Positions 1-12,440 of a stretch of 52,432 nucleotides of DNA are shown here, one piece after another. Where the stretch lies: positions 87,713,698 through 87,766,129 of the forward strand of contig NC_068982.1 of NCBI RefSeq assembly GCF_001194135.2, read 5' to 3'. This DNA is from Octopus bimaculoides. Lineage: Eukaryota. A model generated the notes under the pieces. The model saw nothing but the letters and a program-made list of their open reading frames with translations, was not told the origin of the DNA and made no database searches. Position numbers and translations under genes: made by a program. How positions within the stretch are numbered: the first letter of the stretch is position 1; each line of letters starts with the position of its first letter.

Positions 1-404
1 AATGAGTACGAATGCATGAAAGAAAGAAAAAAGGTAACGGTCTGTTTTTGGCCAAACCAGTATGTATAATGAGAGATAGAGAGAGAGACGGCGAAGAGGA
101 AAGACAGTAAATATGTAAATAAAAGTGAAACGGTCGGCTAAGTCATATGTTGTTTTTCTCACTTAGGTGTTATGAGAGTTACTGGATGGAGAGTGGGTGG
201 GGGCTGTTAGTTTCAAATACTAATGTAAGGCAGTGAATTGATAAACATTAGAGTGTCAGAAAGAAATGTCTTACAGTGCTTTCCTCTGTGTTCAGATCTC
301 ACTGAAGTCAACTTGTCTTCCACAAGGTTGATAAAGTACACATTCAAGGGCATTTTTAAAGCCACAGGTGGAGTTTGTAGCAATTTTTTCTAGTTTCTTG
401 CGTT

Positions 405-1170
405 CATCATCGTCGTTTAACTTCCGCTTTCCATGCTAGCATGGGTTGGACTGGATGCTCTTCCTAACGCCAACCACTCAAAGAGTGTAGTGGGTGCTTT
501 TACGTGTCACCCGCATGAAGGCCAGTCAGGCGGTACTGGCAACGGCCATGCTCAAAATGGTGTATTTTATGTGCCACCCACACAAGAGCTAGGCCAGGGG
601 CACTGGCAACGATCTCGCTCGAAAGTCCCTAGACATGCCGCGGGCACAAGTGTCAGAAAGACGATGCTGGGCACAGGTGCCATCACAAATTCGATTTCGC
701 TTGCCCCAATAAGTCTTCGCAAGTGGAGTTTAGTGTCCAATGAAGGAAGGTACGCCTAAGTGGACTGGCTGAGGCCTTAGATATAGATCTCACTTGGCTT
801 GCTGGGTTTTCTCACGCACAGCATTTGACAGAGTATCTACAGCTAGATGCCCTTCCTAAGCACCAACCACTCAGAGAGTGTAGTGGGTGCTTTTACATGC
901 CATCGGCATGAAGACCAGTCAGGCGGTACTGGCAACGGCCACACTGAAGATGGTGTATTTTATGTGCCACCTGCACAAGAGCCNNNNNNNNNNTACTGGC
1001 AACGGCCACACTCAAGATGGTGTATTTTATGTGCCACCTGCACAAGAGCCAGTCCAGGGGCACTGGCAACGATCTCGCTCGAAAATCTTATGAAGGCCAG
1101 TCAGGCGGTACTGGTAACGGCCACGCTCAAAAATGGTGTATTTTATGTGCCACCCGCACAAATGTGCCAC
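405..1170 (-). mobile_element. RTE LINE 3' end (3' UTR tandem repeats + tail), rearranged
   Basis: catcatcgtcgtttaacttccgctttccatgctagcatggg tail and repeated gtgccacc/gcacaagagcc units, shared with the RT-bearing copies at 12441-15185 and 43466-45055. Confidence 0.8.
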
Positions 1171-2393
1171 CACCTTCCTGACGATTATCATTGTAGTTTG
1201 ATGGAAGATACAGCACTTTGAATTAGCTTATGATATATTCATTATTACATTAGTGAACTGGGGACTTGGGAGTTAAACAACAGCAACAACAACAACAACT
1301 ACACACATACTTAGAGAAAATAAAATGTCATTAAATTTATTTCTGCTTTCAAATTTTTTTTTATTATGTAAAATATTTTATTATCTAATTATTTTTGACA
1401 ATACATTGAATTTTCTTTACTAAAAGAAAAGTAAAATTCTTTTGGGATTGATGTGATATAATCAACTGCATTGGTCCCAGAGAATTAATAAAAAAGTAAT
1501 GTTTATTTTAACATGATTGGAACACAGAATGTAAAGTGATGAATCTAAAAAAATAGTAATTAAAGCAGATTCCATCTCAACATTTTCATAAATACATATT
1601 TAAAAATAATTAAAGAGCAAATATCTTTTCCAGCATGATGTTTTTTAAAAGAATATAAATCATCAAAATTTACATAGAAATTATCATATCATTTATACAT
1701 CATTTCAATCTTCATAGTAATTATCACATTATCATATATCATTATCAAAATTATTATTATTTTCAGCAGTTTGATAAATTGTTCTTTATATATAGCAGTC
1801 AAGAACATTTCAAGTTGAATATGTAGTAAAAGTCACCAACAGATATTCAACAAGTGAACCATAAGCTCAAATCAAGCAACATAATTTCCAAAACCTATAA
1901 TTTTATAGCTCTGAAAGCAGCTCATAACTCTGTTTTCTATTTCTGAATATAAATGAAAATATATTGCTGATAGGTGGAGTTTTCAATCTGACTTCCATTT
2001 CCAGCTAAAACTGTTTTACTTCATTTATATCTCTAATGTTATTTATTAGGAATAGTCTGAATGCTACTACAGCCTCTTTATTGAAACAAAAAGCTAGCAT
2101 TAATCACCTTATCGATTAATGAAAGTGTATTAACTGAATCAGCATATATTATACATGTGGCATAAATATAAGTATTGATCAGATTATTTATTAAACTGTT
2201 TTAACATTTTTATACATATAATTTATACTGAGATTTTATTGGTTGAATGAATTCAAATTTTAAGTTATAAAAAAGATTTTGATATGTATTTGTATGGGAA
2301 TTAAAATCAGATGTCTTTATAAATTTGGAAATCTGAAATGATTGCTTATGAGATGGACAAATACTCAGTTATGGAATAAAAGATAATAGAGCC

Positions 2394-2399
2394 TTTATT
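2394..2399 (-). promoter_or_regulatory. Candidate FMO polyadenylation signal AATAAA
   Basis: First AATAAA seen on the minus strand downstream of the stop codon (~570 nt). Position only, no transcript evidence. Confidence 0.35.
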
Positions 2400-2540
2400 T
2401 CAGCTGGGATAATCATAAATCAGGAATGAGAAAGCAATATGTTTTGTTTTGTTCTTGATGAGAACTCTATGTTGAAATGTATTTTCAGGAGGGTCATTAT
2501 GCCAATAATAAACACACTGGTTCTATTTTACTCTTCTATT

Positions 2541-2833
2541 ATTATTAGTCAACTGGCTAACCATTTAACCAATTAATTAGTCGATTATTTAATTAACCAT
2601 TCAGTTAATCAATCAATCAATCAATCAGCAAGGTCTGTTGAAGTCTTTTTGGTACCATTTGTAGCCCATCAATGACAAACCCTCTCTGCTCCAGATCTAG
2701 GGATGTCATTGACGAGGTTGCAAATGGTGATGAAAGGACTTTGACAAACCTAACTGACTGATTGATTAACTAAATGAGCAATCAAATGATCAATTAGTTA
2801 ACTGGCTAAATAGTTAACCAATTGACAAATAAT
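2541..2833. repeat. Imperfect inverted repeat (fold-back, ~140-nt arms, ~15-nt loop)
   Basis: 2541-2613 aligns ungapped to the reverse complement of 2761-2833 (58/73 identical); 2631-2683 pairs with 2699-2751. Confidence 0.9.
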
Positions 2834-2966
2834 CTCCTCCCAAGATATCACACACAAAAAAGAATACATAGTACACAATATACATAGTACAAGTAATGAC
2901 AAAGTTTGAACTTGTGATTTGTGTTGTCAATAATCTAACATCAAAAACTTACAGCCAACTGCATAT

Positions 2967-3244
2967 TTAAAAAAATTGGAACATCCAGTTTAAAATGAAG
3001 ACCAAACCAAGGAAACAAAATGCCTTCAATAACATCTGCGTCATTCCACCACTCTGCGTCATTCCACCACTCTCAGCATGAACAGACTTTTGTGAAATTG
3101 CTGTTAGGGTTCTGTCCCAAATTCCATAGAGAGCTTCCTTTGCTCCATCCCATTTTCCAGGACCCACCAGTCGATACTGGTATGGGACGAAAGGTTGAAA
3201 TATGCAATATAGAGCTAAAGCAGGGTCATAAAACAGCATTTTTT
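2967..3244 (-). CDS. FMO5-like: FMO coding exon 5 (terminal, with C-terminal membrane anchor)
   Basis: ttttcag|AA acceptor restores frame after the phase-1 intron. DPALAL..PYQYRLVGPGKWDGAK, hydrophobic tail LLKAFCFLGLVFILNWMFQFF, TAA stop. The five exons sum to 1629 nt = 542 aa + stop. Confidence 0.93.
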
Positions 3245-3300
3245 CTGAAAAGAACATATAAACAGAAAGATTATTTTTTTAACAATTAAATTCTTTTATT

Positions 3301-4538
3301 TATGAGGTGACATCAAAAAGTTTGTGGACTAGTTCTATAGCTAACCAAGAGATGGTAGCACAGGGTTGCATGTGCAGTGAGAGCTAACAGTGATCTTTAG
3401 AGGCAGTGTGCTGAGTAACATCATTGTGTTTACCTTGCAATTTGTGCAATTTGTGTTTTTGTGATCACGTGTATGCTATAATCTGTGATTTTGTCATGGA
3501 TAGGAACAAAGAGCCATCATGAAATTTTGTGTTAAACTTGGGAAATCTGCTACAGAGACATTGAGCATGCTTTGGCAAGCTTACAGTGACAAGGCAATGG
3601 GTCATATGCACTATTTTGAGTGGCATCGACACTTCAAGAATGTCCCTGAAAGATAATGAGAAATCTGGAAGACCTGCCATGAGTGTCACTCTTGGAAATG
3701 GGGTATTCATCATCATCGTCGTTTAACGTCCGCTTTCCATGCTAGCATGGGTTGGACAATTTGACTGAGGACTGGTGGACCAGGAGGCGACACCAGGCTC
3801 CAATCTGATTTGGCAGAGTTTCTACAGCTGGATGCCCTTCCTAACGCCAACCACTCTGAGAGTGTAGTGGGTGCTTTTATGTGTCACCGGCACGAGGGCC
3901 AGTCAGGCGGTACTGGCGACGGCCACGCTCAAAATGGTGTATTTTACGTGCCACCTGCACAAGAGCCAGTCCATCGGTACTGGCAACGATCTCGCTTGAA
4001 TGTCTTTTCACGTGCCACCAGCACAAGTGCCAGGAAGGCGATGTTCCCCAGGGCCAGACCATCATTTGAGAGTTCTAGTATGATGTCTTGAAGCATTTGA
4101 GGAAGGAGATTCAGTGAAAGTGACTGGATCTGAGGAGCATTGAAAACTGGATTCTTCATGATGATAATTCACTCTGTCACCTAGCTCCACTCACTCATGA
4201 GTTTCTTGCCAAAAACAACATGGTATTGCTTCTGCACCTGCCCTATTCATCAGATTTAGTACCTGCAGGCTTACGTCTCTTCCCCAAGATGAAAATGCAG
4301 CTCAAAGGTTGCCATTTTAACACTGTTGTTGAGATCCAGAGTGAATCACAGAAAGTTCATGACTTGCATATGGAAAATGACTTCCAAACTGGATTCCAAA
4401 AGTGGCAGGAATGCTGGGACCAGTGTATTGCTACATAAGGTGACTATTTCAAAGGAGGTGATGTTAAAACTTAGGTAAATAAGTTATTTTTTCTGTTAAA
4501 CATAACTAGTCCAGGAACCATTTGATACTGCCTCATAC
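3301..4538 (+). mobile_element. Mariner DNA transposon, decayed and internally deleted, interrupted by an RTE tail
   Basis: TIRs tatgaggtgacatcaaaaagtttgtggactag / ctagtccaggaaccatttgatactgcctcata. Broken frames give EQRAIMKFCVKLGKSATET (HTH), VPQGQT, WILHDDN and HLPYSSDLVP (YSPDLAP motif). Confidence 0.88.
3708..4042 (-). mobile_element. RTE LINE 3' tail nested in mariner
   Basis: catcatcatcgtcgtttaacgtccgctttccatgctagcatgggttggac, matching the other RTE 3' ends. Confidence 0.85.
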
Positions 4539-4610
4539 CTCAGCCAGATTCATGACAACTCTTTGTAGGCGAGAAAATATTAATATTTTATTTTAATAAT
4601 TCAATTTGAA

Positions 4611-4836
4611 GCACAGGCATGGCTGAAAGATGCAGGCATAGCTGTGTGGTTAAGATGCTTGCTTTCCAAACATGTAGTTTAAGATTCAGTCTCACTGAAT
4701 CATACTTTGGTAAGTGTCTTTTACTGTAGCCCTGGGCCAACCAAAGCCTTGTGAGTGGATTTGGTAGACAGAAGTTGAAAGAAACCTGTCAAATATGTGT
4801 GTATGTTTGTGTGTGTATATGTGTGTGCATGTATAT

Positions 4837-4890
<54 letters not shown>

Positions 4891-5165
4891 TTGGTCTTAA
4901 CATCATGCAATAGCTGTAAATGATAGTTTTGTTTGTTTACAGATATTGCATGATGGTTAAGGCAAGATGTTTCACAAGTGGTGTCCTTCATTTCCAATTT
5001 TCCATTGAAAACATGTCTGGCTATGTGGAAATATTACTTTGCTTGGAAACAGGTAAAGGGTGGCAACAGGAAAGGCATCTTACTGGAGAAAACCTGCCTC
5101 AACAAAATTGCATGTGAACCACTTGAGCATGGAAAAGTGGATGTTAAAATGATAATGATGATAAT
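4611..5165 (+). mobile_element. tRNA-derived SINE with CORE-like segment, (TG)n and RTE-like tail
   Basis: Head gctgtgtggttaag...gattcagtctc (A/B-box-like), tactttggtaagtgtcttttact CORE-like segment, 3' end gcatggaaaagtggatgttaaaatgataatgatg. Confidence 0.7.
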
Positions 5166-5491
5166 GAGAAGGAGGAGAGGCAGGACTGGGTCCATCATCT
5201 ATCTAAACCCTCTTAAACTGATGGATAAGAACATATGAATAGAATTAATGCATTTAATGTTCAGTTGGAGCTTTTTTTAAAAACATCATGGGTTGAGGTA
5301 GGAAACATGTTTAGAAAGGTAATATTCTGGGAAGGTAAGATTGATCAAAGTAATTAGTGCATTGGTTGATAAACGATAACATGGATCTTAGATACATCAT
5401 TGATATTTATTTTATCAAGCATTGAAAGATGAAAATCAAAGTTACCCTTCTGAATTCAAACTCTCAAGTGGGATTTGAACTTAGAACATAG

Positions 5492-6140
5492 GGATGAAGT
5501 TAAATACTGTAATTCTCTCATGTATCTGCTATTATGGCACCCTTAAAAATAATAACATTTTAGTGTAATAATACAATTTATGACACAAGTTATTATTGCT
5601 GGTGAGATGAAGCTAAATACTGTAACTCTCTTCTTACATATTGTATTTGATAGCATAAAAGGTGCAGAAGCATATTAGATGCACTGCAATCTCAGCAGCA
5701 CATATTCAAGAAAAATGAGTGTTTTGGGGACAAAAATAGCTTATGGGATGCCCAACTTTGCATATAGGACCCAATGAATTTTTGAGACATGTTTTCGAAA
5801 ACAGTGTGTGTTATATGCCATCAATTACAGTATCTGCCAATGTAACATCCTTAACAATAATACTATTTTAGTAGAATAATACAAACTGTGACTTAAGTTA
5901 TTATTGCCGGTGAGATGAAACTAAATACTGTAACTCATTTATTATGTTATATCATAAAACACCCTAAAAAAAGACCATGTTAGTAAAATAATACAATTTA
6001 TGACTCAAGTTATTATTGCCAGTGAGATGAAACTAAATACAGTAATCCATTTATTATGTTATGTCATATGACACCTTTAAAAATAATACTATTTTAGTAA
6101 AATAATACAATTTATAACTCAAGTTATTATTGCTAGTGAA
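5492..6140. repeat. ~113-bp minisatellite, ~4.5 units, with a MITE inside unit 2
   Basis: Recurring gagatgaa(g/a)ctaaatac(t/a)gtaa and aataatacaatttatgac(a/t)caagttattattgc blocks. Confidence 0.8.
5641..5830 (+). mobile_element. 190-bp Tc2/Tc1-mariner-type MITE
   Basis: TA on both sides (5639-40, 5831-32); ends ttgtatttgatagcat / atgccatcaattacag. Related left ends at ~22932 and ~47972. Confidence 0.7.
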
Positions 6141-8761
6141 GTTGATAGAAATAAAAATAGTAACTTCTGAATGCCTCTGATCATTGATCAGAGTCTGGTT
6201 TGACAGATCTAAAAAGCAACAACAGCAATCCACCATGCTAATGCTATACTCATTTTTGAAGAATACAAGAATGCTTTGTTGAGATATCCACTGGATGGAA
6301 CATACTTAATACGTTATTAAATGTATTCAGCAAGAATGTATAAGTGGAACTAATGCCACATGCATTTCCTCATCACTTATTATCATGCATATGTTATGTA
6401 ACTTTTCTAAAGATAAGATAAATAAACACAGAAGTTCATTGTATATTTGCTTTGCAGAAATATTGATATATGTTAACGTTCTGCACTGAAAGTGGGAGAG
6501 TGTCAGGTGTTGATAATTGGTGTTATAGTCTTGTTATCAACACTCTTCGATATCTACCCAAAATTCAACGACCATTACTTCTTTACTATTTTATTTATGA
6601 CCCAATTGCAGGGTACCTCTTTACAAGAGGTGGCAAACTACCACTGTTGTCATCCTCCACCATCACCACAAATCAACCAACACCATGTCACTACCATGCC
6701 ACCCCCTCCCACCATCACCAATGCTACTGCAAACACCAGTGTTCTCTTCATCATTATCGTCATCATTATCATCATCCACCTTTAAATGGGTCAGACAACA
6801 TTTATTTCTACAGTAGAATGCTCTTCCTGCTGCTGACCCTCACCTGTTTCCAAGCAGTGTAATATTTTCCTTTAGTCTGGATGTATTTCCAAGGAAGATT
6901 GCAGGCAAACAACACTGCTTGTATGCCAGTGTTGTGTGTTTATGATTAGCATGCAATGTCAAGACAAGGAAACACACACACACACACACATATGCACATG
7001 AGATTTCTTTTCAGTTCCCATTTACCGTATTCACTCATGACGCTCAAGGGACCTCTCACTGGGACCAAACTTATTTTAACCATATAATCATCCATAGGTA
7101 GGGTTAGGGTTAGGGTTAAGGTTTCATCTGTATTCAAATTTTAAAATTACCTGCAGATGAAATCTTTAAAATTTCCATAGGCAAAAATTTGACCAAAAGT
7201 ATTTTAATATCAAATTGCATACCAATGAATTTATACAATTAAATATTCAATAATTTTCTCGGCACAGATGCAGCACTATCAAAAGTCCTTACACACTTAA
7301 AATTCACCCTAAAGAGCAGGATTAAGAAACCTAAAAGGTTTTCCCACCCTTGCTCTACCTGTCATAGACAGCAATAAAATCTTTAAATATCTTAGTGTCT
7401 CAGCCATGTATTTCTCTATAGCAAGAACCCTGTTCTGTTCAGGTCCCTTCTTTCATAGTTTAACTTCTCATCTCCTAAACATCTACCACTCTCTTGAAGC
7501 CCTGCTCAGTTGATGGGGAGCTTAGTCTTGCAAGCTGTATGGAAACCTCACTTGTGCTGGGCCCACAGGATATAAAAAAAAGTATTCAGTACACTCTTTA
7601 AAGTGGTTAGCATTTAGAAGAGCAGCCAACAATAGAACCCATGTCAAAGCAGGCACTGGAGCAAGATGCAGTCCTTAGAGTCATTGTATCCTGTCAAAAT
7701 GTCCAACCAATGCCAGCAAGGAAGGCGAACATTAAATGATATTGATGAAGATGATGTCTTAAAAATAGGAAGGACACATCCAACAATGTAGTCCTAGATA
7801 ACTCTAAAATTATGATATTGTCAAAGCTAGAATACTTTTGAACATAGGTCTCTTAAATCAGAATTGACTTGGGGTTAAACAAAAACAACAAGAATATTAT
7901 TTCATCAACTTTTATTTAAAAAACAATGTTTAACAAGACTTAATAACTTTTTCATTTAGGTATTTTCCAGAAACCTGGGATTTAACATAATTTATCAAGT
8001 AGGAATAATTTAATTAAGTAAGCAAAGGGAGAAATAAGATATTAGCAGAAATAGTTAATGTGGAAACTAACAGAAATTAATCCCTTTCATTCTAAGCATT
8101 AACAATTTCATTAGATTTTGCCTTTTATCTTCCTGAGGTCATTAATGTGATAATAATTACCAGTGATATGAAGAAATTGATTCAGTTGACTATATGTTTT
8201 TTTTCTATGAGCATTAGTCTTTATGACTTAACAAAAGAAATCAATATATTTAACTAAAAATAGAGATAAAATGAGATATCACACAATACAGTGAATGGCT
8301 AAATACTGAAAGCCATTACAAGAATGCATTTACAAGAGCTCTTTAGCTTATCAAATTAGTTTATTCCAAAGCAATTCAGTAATTGGTCAAGTAATTTGAA
8401 CAAATTTTAAGGAAAACAGACAACACACGTCTTTGAAATATAGTTCAAAGGATAAAAAGATATCTTAGACAGAATTAAATTTTATGTTTGATTGAACAGG
8501 TCAGCTAACCATGTACCACATGAAGAAGAGAATGTGCAAATGGAATAAATGCTATATAACTGCTTGTTCTTGTTTTAACATAGTAGTATGATGTCAAAAT
8601 AAACAACATTGAACATGATGCTAATGATAAAACTACAAACCACAAAAAAAAAATGAAAAGAAAAATGGAATAAAAAACATCATTCAAACAAACAAAAACA
8701 AGTTTTATAATGAAATTTTTCTCAAGCTGATATGAAAGTATAAAGTGGTAATGATACTTAC

Positions 8762-8927
8762 TAAAATTAGGCTTGCAACCATTCGTTTCAGCAAGTTCAT
8801 CCATGTAATCAATAATATCTACTTGGATTGTATGCCTTTCACTTTTTACATAGCGCTTTCGTACTGCAATTTCCTTTTCTCTAATATCTTTCCACATATC
8901 TGCAGCAGGTGGTAGAATCACATCACC
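8762..8927 (-). CDS. FMO5-like: FMO coding exon 4 (55 codons + 1 nt)
   Basis: tttcag|GGT acceptor and TTT A|gtaagt donor (phase 1). GDVILPPAADMWKDI...HTIQVDIIDYMDELAETNGCKPNF. Confidence 0.92.
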
Positions 8928-9426
8928 CTGAAATTTATCATAGTTCTGTTTAAAAATTGGTATCATATACAGTATCATATGTCTACTTATTGTAGCTATC
9001 AATGTCTTATTGGAACATATACAAGTAAACTCATTAATATATACAATTTTCTTCTCTCATATATGTCTAAAATGTCTTTTAGAAAGGCAAGAGTATCATA
9101 ACTGAAAATCAACTATTTCCTCTACAAATATGAAGTACGTTAGAATCAAGTACTTAGAAGATAAATGGTTTGTAAAATGTATTATTACTATTGCAGCTGT
9201 TCAGATAGCAAGCTGACATATTGTTAGCAAGCTGGACAAAATGCTTAATGGCTTTTTGCTCCACTTTATGTTGAGCTCAAATTCTGCTGACACTGACTTA
9301 GCCTTTCATCCTTTTGGGATTGATAAAATAAGTACCAGTTGTGCACTTGGGTTGATGTAGTCAACAAGCCAAAATTTTAGGCCTCCCCTCCCCCAAAATG
9401 GCTGCTCTTGTGGCAAAATTTGAAAC

Positions 9427-9460
<34 letters not shown>

Positions 9461-9676
9461 TAGTTTTATTTTTATAACGTGCTTTCACTTCACTATCAAG
9501 CGCAGCTCTGTGTGCCTTGGGTATGTGCTGTGGTTTGCTGCGTAGGATGTGTGCAGTGCCCAGTAGTGCAATTTTCTGTATGTTATATATATTTGTAAGT
9601 CTTGGTGTTTTTGTTATGTATTTGTCTGAATATTTTTTTATTGTACATTATTGTTATGATTATTATTATTATTATT

Positions 9677-9895
9677 AAGGCGGCGAGGTGGCAGAATCCT
9701 TAGCATACCAGGCGAAATGCTTAGCAGTATTTTATCTTCTGTTACGTTCTGAGTTCAATTTCCACTGAGGTTGACTTTGCCTTTCATCCTTTCAGGGTCA
9801 ATGAAATGAGTACCAGTTGAGTACTGGGGTTGATGTAATCCACTTAACCCCTCCCCCAAAATTTCAGACCTTGTGCCTATAGTAGAAAGGATTAT
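9677..9895 (+). mobile_element. tRNA-derived SINE (aaggcggcgag-ggcagaa family); further decayed copies at ~9215-9425, 9945-10125, 10340-10510
   Basis: Head ggcggcgaggtggcagaatc..ttagca..gagttcaattcc, body gactttgcctttcatccttt..ataagtaccag, (ATT)n tail. Confidence 0.75.
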
Positions 9896-10127
9896 TATTA
9901 TTATTATTATTATTATTATTGTTAATATTATTATTTGGTTGAATTGTCAGGGTTGTCAGAAAAAATGCCTTGCAGCATTTATTCTGCTTCTTTCTGCTCT
10001 GGGTTCAAATCCTGCTGAAGTCAATTTTGCCTATCATCCTTTCAGTAAAGTACCAGTAAAGTACCAGTCAAGTACTTGACTAGTCCTCTCCTTTCAAAAA
10101 TTGCTGGCCTTGTGCCTGTATCAGAAA

Positions 10128-10335
10128 GCACTCTTTTGTTACCATATTTCTGTTGAGATGCTTTGTGTTTCTTTCAATTAATTTCAAATATAACAAAGAA
10201 TTTAATATAATAACTTAGTTATTATTAAGCTAGCATTAGGAACATAAATTGTGACTAAGGTTTGGTGGAAAATTTTAATTCAGAACTTCTGAAAACAAGT
10301 ACTACAGGGCCAGAGGCGGTATCAAAAGGGTTAAA
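10128..10335. mobile_element. piggyBac-like MITE
   Basis: Ends ctcttttgttacc / ggtatcaaaagggttaa (TTAA). Same family as 23022-23250. Confidence 0.6.
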
Positions 10336-11827
10336 TGTGGCAAACTGGCCGGATCAGTAGAGTGTCAGAAGAATGTTTTGCGGTATTTGTTCTGGTTCTT
10401 TACTTCTGAATTCGAATCCTGTTAAATGAAGTACCAGCCAAATACTAGGTTCATTAGAATTTACAACTCCTCTCCACTCAAAATTGCTAACCTTGTGCCT
10501 AAATTAGAAGCTATTATCTTAATTATTGTTATTCTCTTATAACTATTACATGCTTTACTAGTTAGCAGCAATGCTGGATTAACCATTAACCTGCTTAGAG
10601 TATCAAGTGAAAGGTGACACCACAGGAATGGTAAATGGTTTGTAGCACAAAAGAAATCACTTTAAACTTACTACAATAATATTCCAAATAATTTACACGA
10701 TTAGAAATATAATTTCAAAGTGCTTGTGGTGTCATAGTGACATCGTATAAAATTGAGCAATCATAAACAAGATGGGTGGAGTTTATGATTTATTCAGATG
10801 TTGCTGGGTATTATTTACCAGTCAATTTTATGTGTTGGTGAATGGCGTTTGCATGTGTTGTTTATTTCTCGGCAAATTAATGGTGTTAACACAATATTTT
10901 ACAGAATGAAAATGCCAGATTGTGATTCAGAGAACTCTGTCTGTATGTCTTCTCTCTCAACACACACATATGCACACATATACACTATTTTTCTCAATCC
11001 CTGTATATATATGGTAAAATTGTCTACAGTGCTCATTTTGGAATCTATCTTCTACAACCTAAACTATTTTCAAAGGTAGAATTCAAAACAAGCACCATAA
11101 TTAATTAAATTGCGTGTGTGTGTGCACATGTGCATGTGTATTGCAAGTTCAAATAATGTTATATATTATATCTAGCAAATGCACCCATCCTTTAGATGGT
11201 TTAAGTTGCTTTGGTGGTATTTTTTCACCAAATAATTGAACTACTGAATAGGTTTATGAGTAGCAGGGCAATCTATGTTTTCGATTAACCTAGGAACAGA
11301 AAACCAAATTGAAGGCTGGTTAGTTTGGAGGTCATTGCACTTCAATGATCATAGAACATGTAAGTTTGTAAGCAATGCAAAATAGAGCTACTGAAGTGTT
11401 TTGGGAGTAGATTACGGATAATGACTACAAAATTTAGTTGTTTTACATGAAAGCAAAATTTCTTGTCAGAATCAGCCACATAAATGGTGTAAGGAAATTG
11501 AAGGAAGATGTCAAAACTTCCCCTCTGCGAGTTTATTTTATTCAACAACAAAGGGAGCTATTTTTTCAGAGTGAAGTATGATTAGTACATTCAAAAATGG
11601 CAATATACCTACTCGAAAAAGTAGAGTTAAAGGAATGTATTTGCTACATGCTTACAGTGTATGACCACTCTGAAATTGATGAAAAATGAAGACATGAAGA
11701 GTTTGACATCAGTTCACAAATACTGCTTTGAATTTTTAGCAATTTGCAGTGAAAAGATGTAATGTGTAAAGGCAGACAGGTAATTGTGAAGTTGTAATGA
11801 CAACAATACACAGCAATAAGCATATAA

Positions 11828-12440
11828 AAAATATATAGAAAGTAATAATATACAATTACAACATATAAATAAATAATAAATCAAAAAAATGTGAAAACAA
11901 CTAAAAAATATTCTGTAATACAAATATATGACCATACAAATTTAAAAAAGTATGGAAAAACAGTTGAAAGTAATAGACAAAATCCTTTCACTTTTATAAT
12001 ATTCTCTAACGAAAACTCAAACTATACACACCAATACAAATAAAAAAAATATAGAAAGTACTAATACAGAATTACAACATAAATAAATAATAAATGAAAA
12101 AATGTGATAATCACTAAAAAATATTCTCTAATGCCAATATACGACCATATAGATTAAAAAGGTATAGATGACCCTACATACAAAAATTATGTACATACAA
12201 CAAATTTGGATAAATCTTTTAAATTAACATAAACATTTATTTACATGAAAGAAAATTACCGAAGACATAACACATGTTGTGCTAAAAATAATAGCTAAAT
12301 AAGATTTTTTGATAAATCTTTTAAATTAACATAAACATTTATTTACATGAAAACAAAATGACAGCTTCCAAATTCTATTTCCTGACTGGGACAGCATGCA
12401 GGTGGACAGTCGAAATAAATAAATAGACAAAATCCTTTTA
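11828..12440. repeat. Complex AT-rich tandem duplications
   Basis: atatagaaagta..aattacaacat..aaatattct..gaccata at ~11830 and ~12048; gataaatcttttaaattaacataaacatttatttacatgaaa at ~12209 and ~12311. Confidence 0.7.

Noticed and set aside
6470-6862. His/Pro-rich 130-aa ORF
   Set aside because: Low-complexity CAC/CAT sequence in FMO intron 4 on the opposite strand; no splice or domain support.
7095-7122. Short TTAGGG run as interstitial telomere or fusion scar
   Set aside because: Only about three units; such runs occur inside small transposon remnants and by chance.
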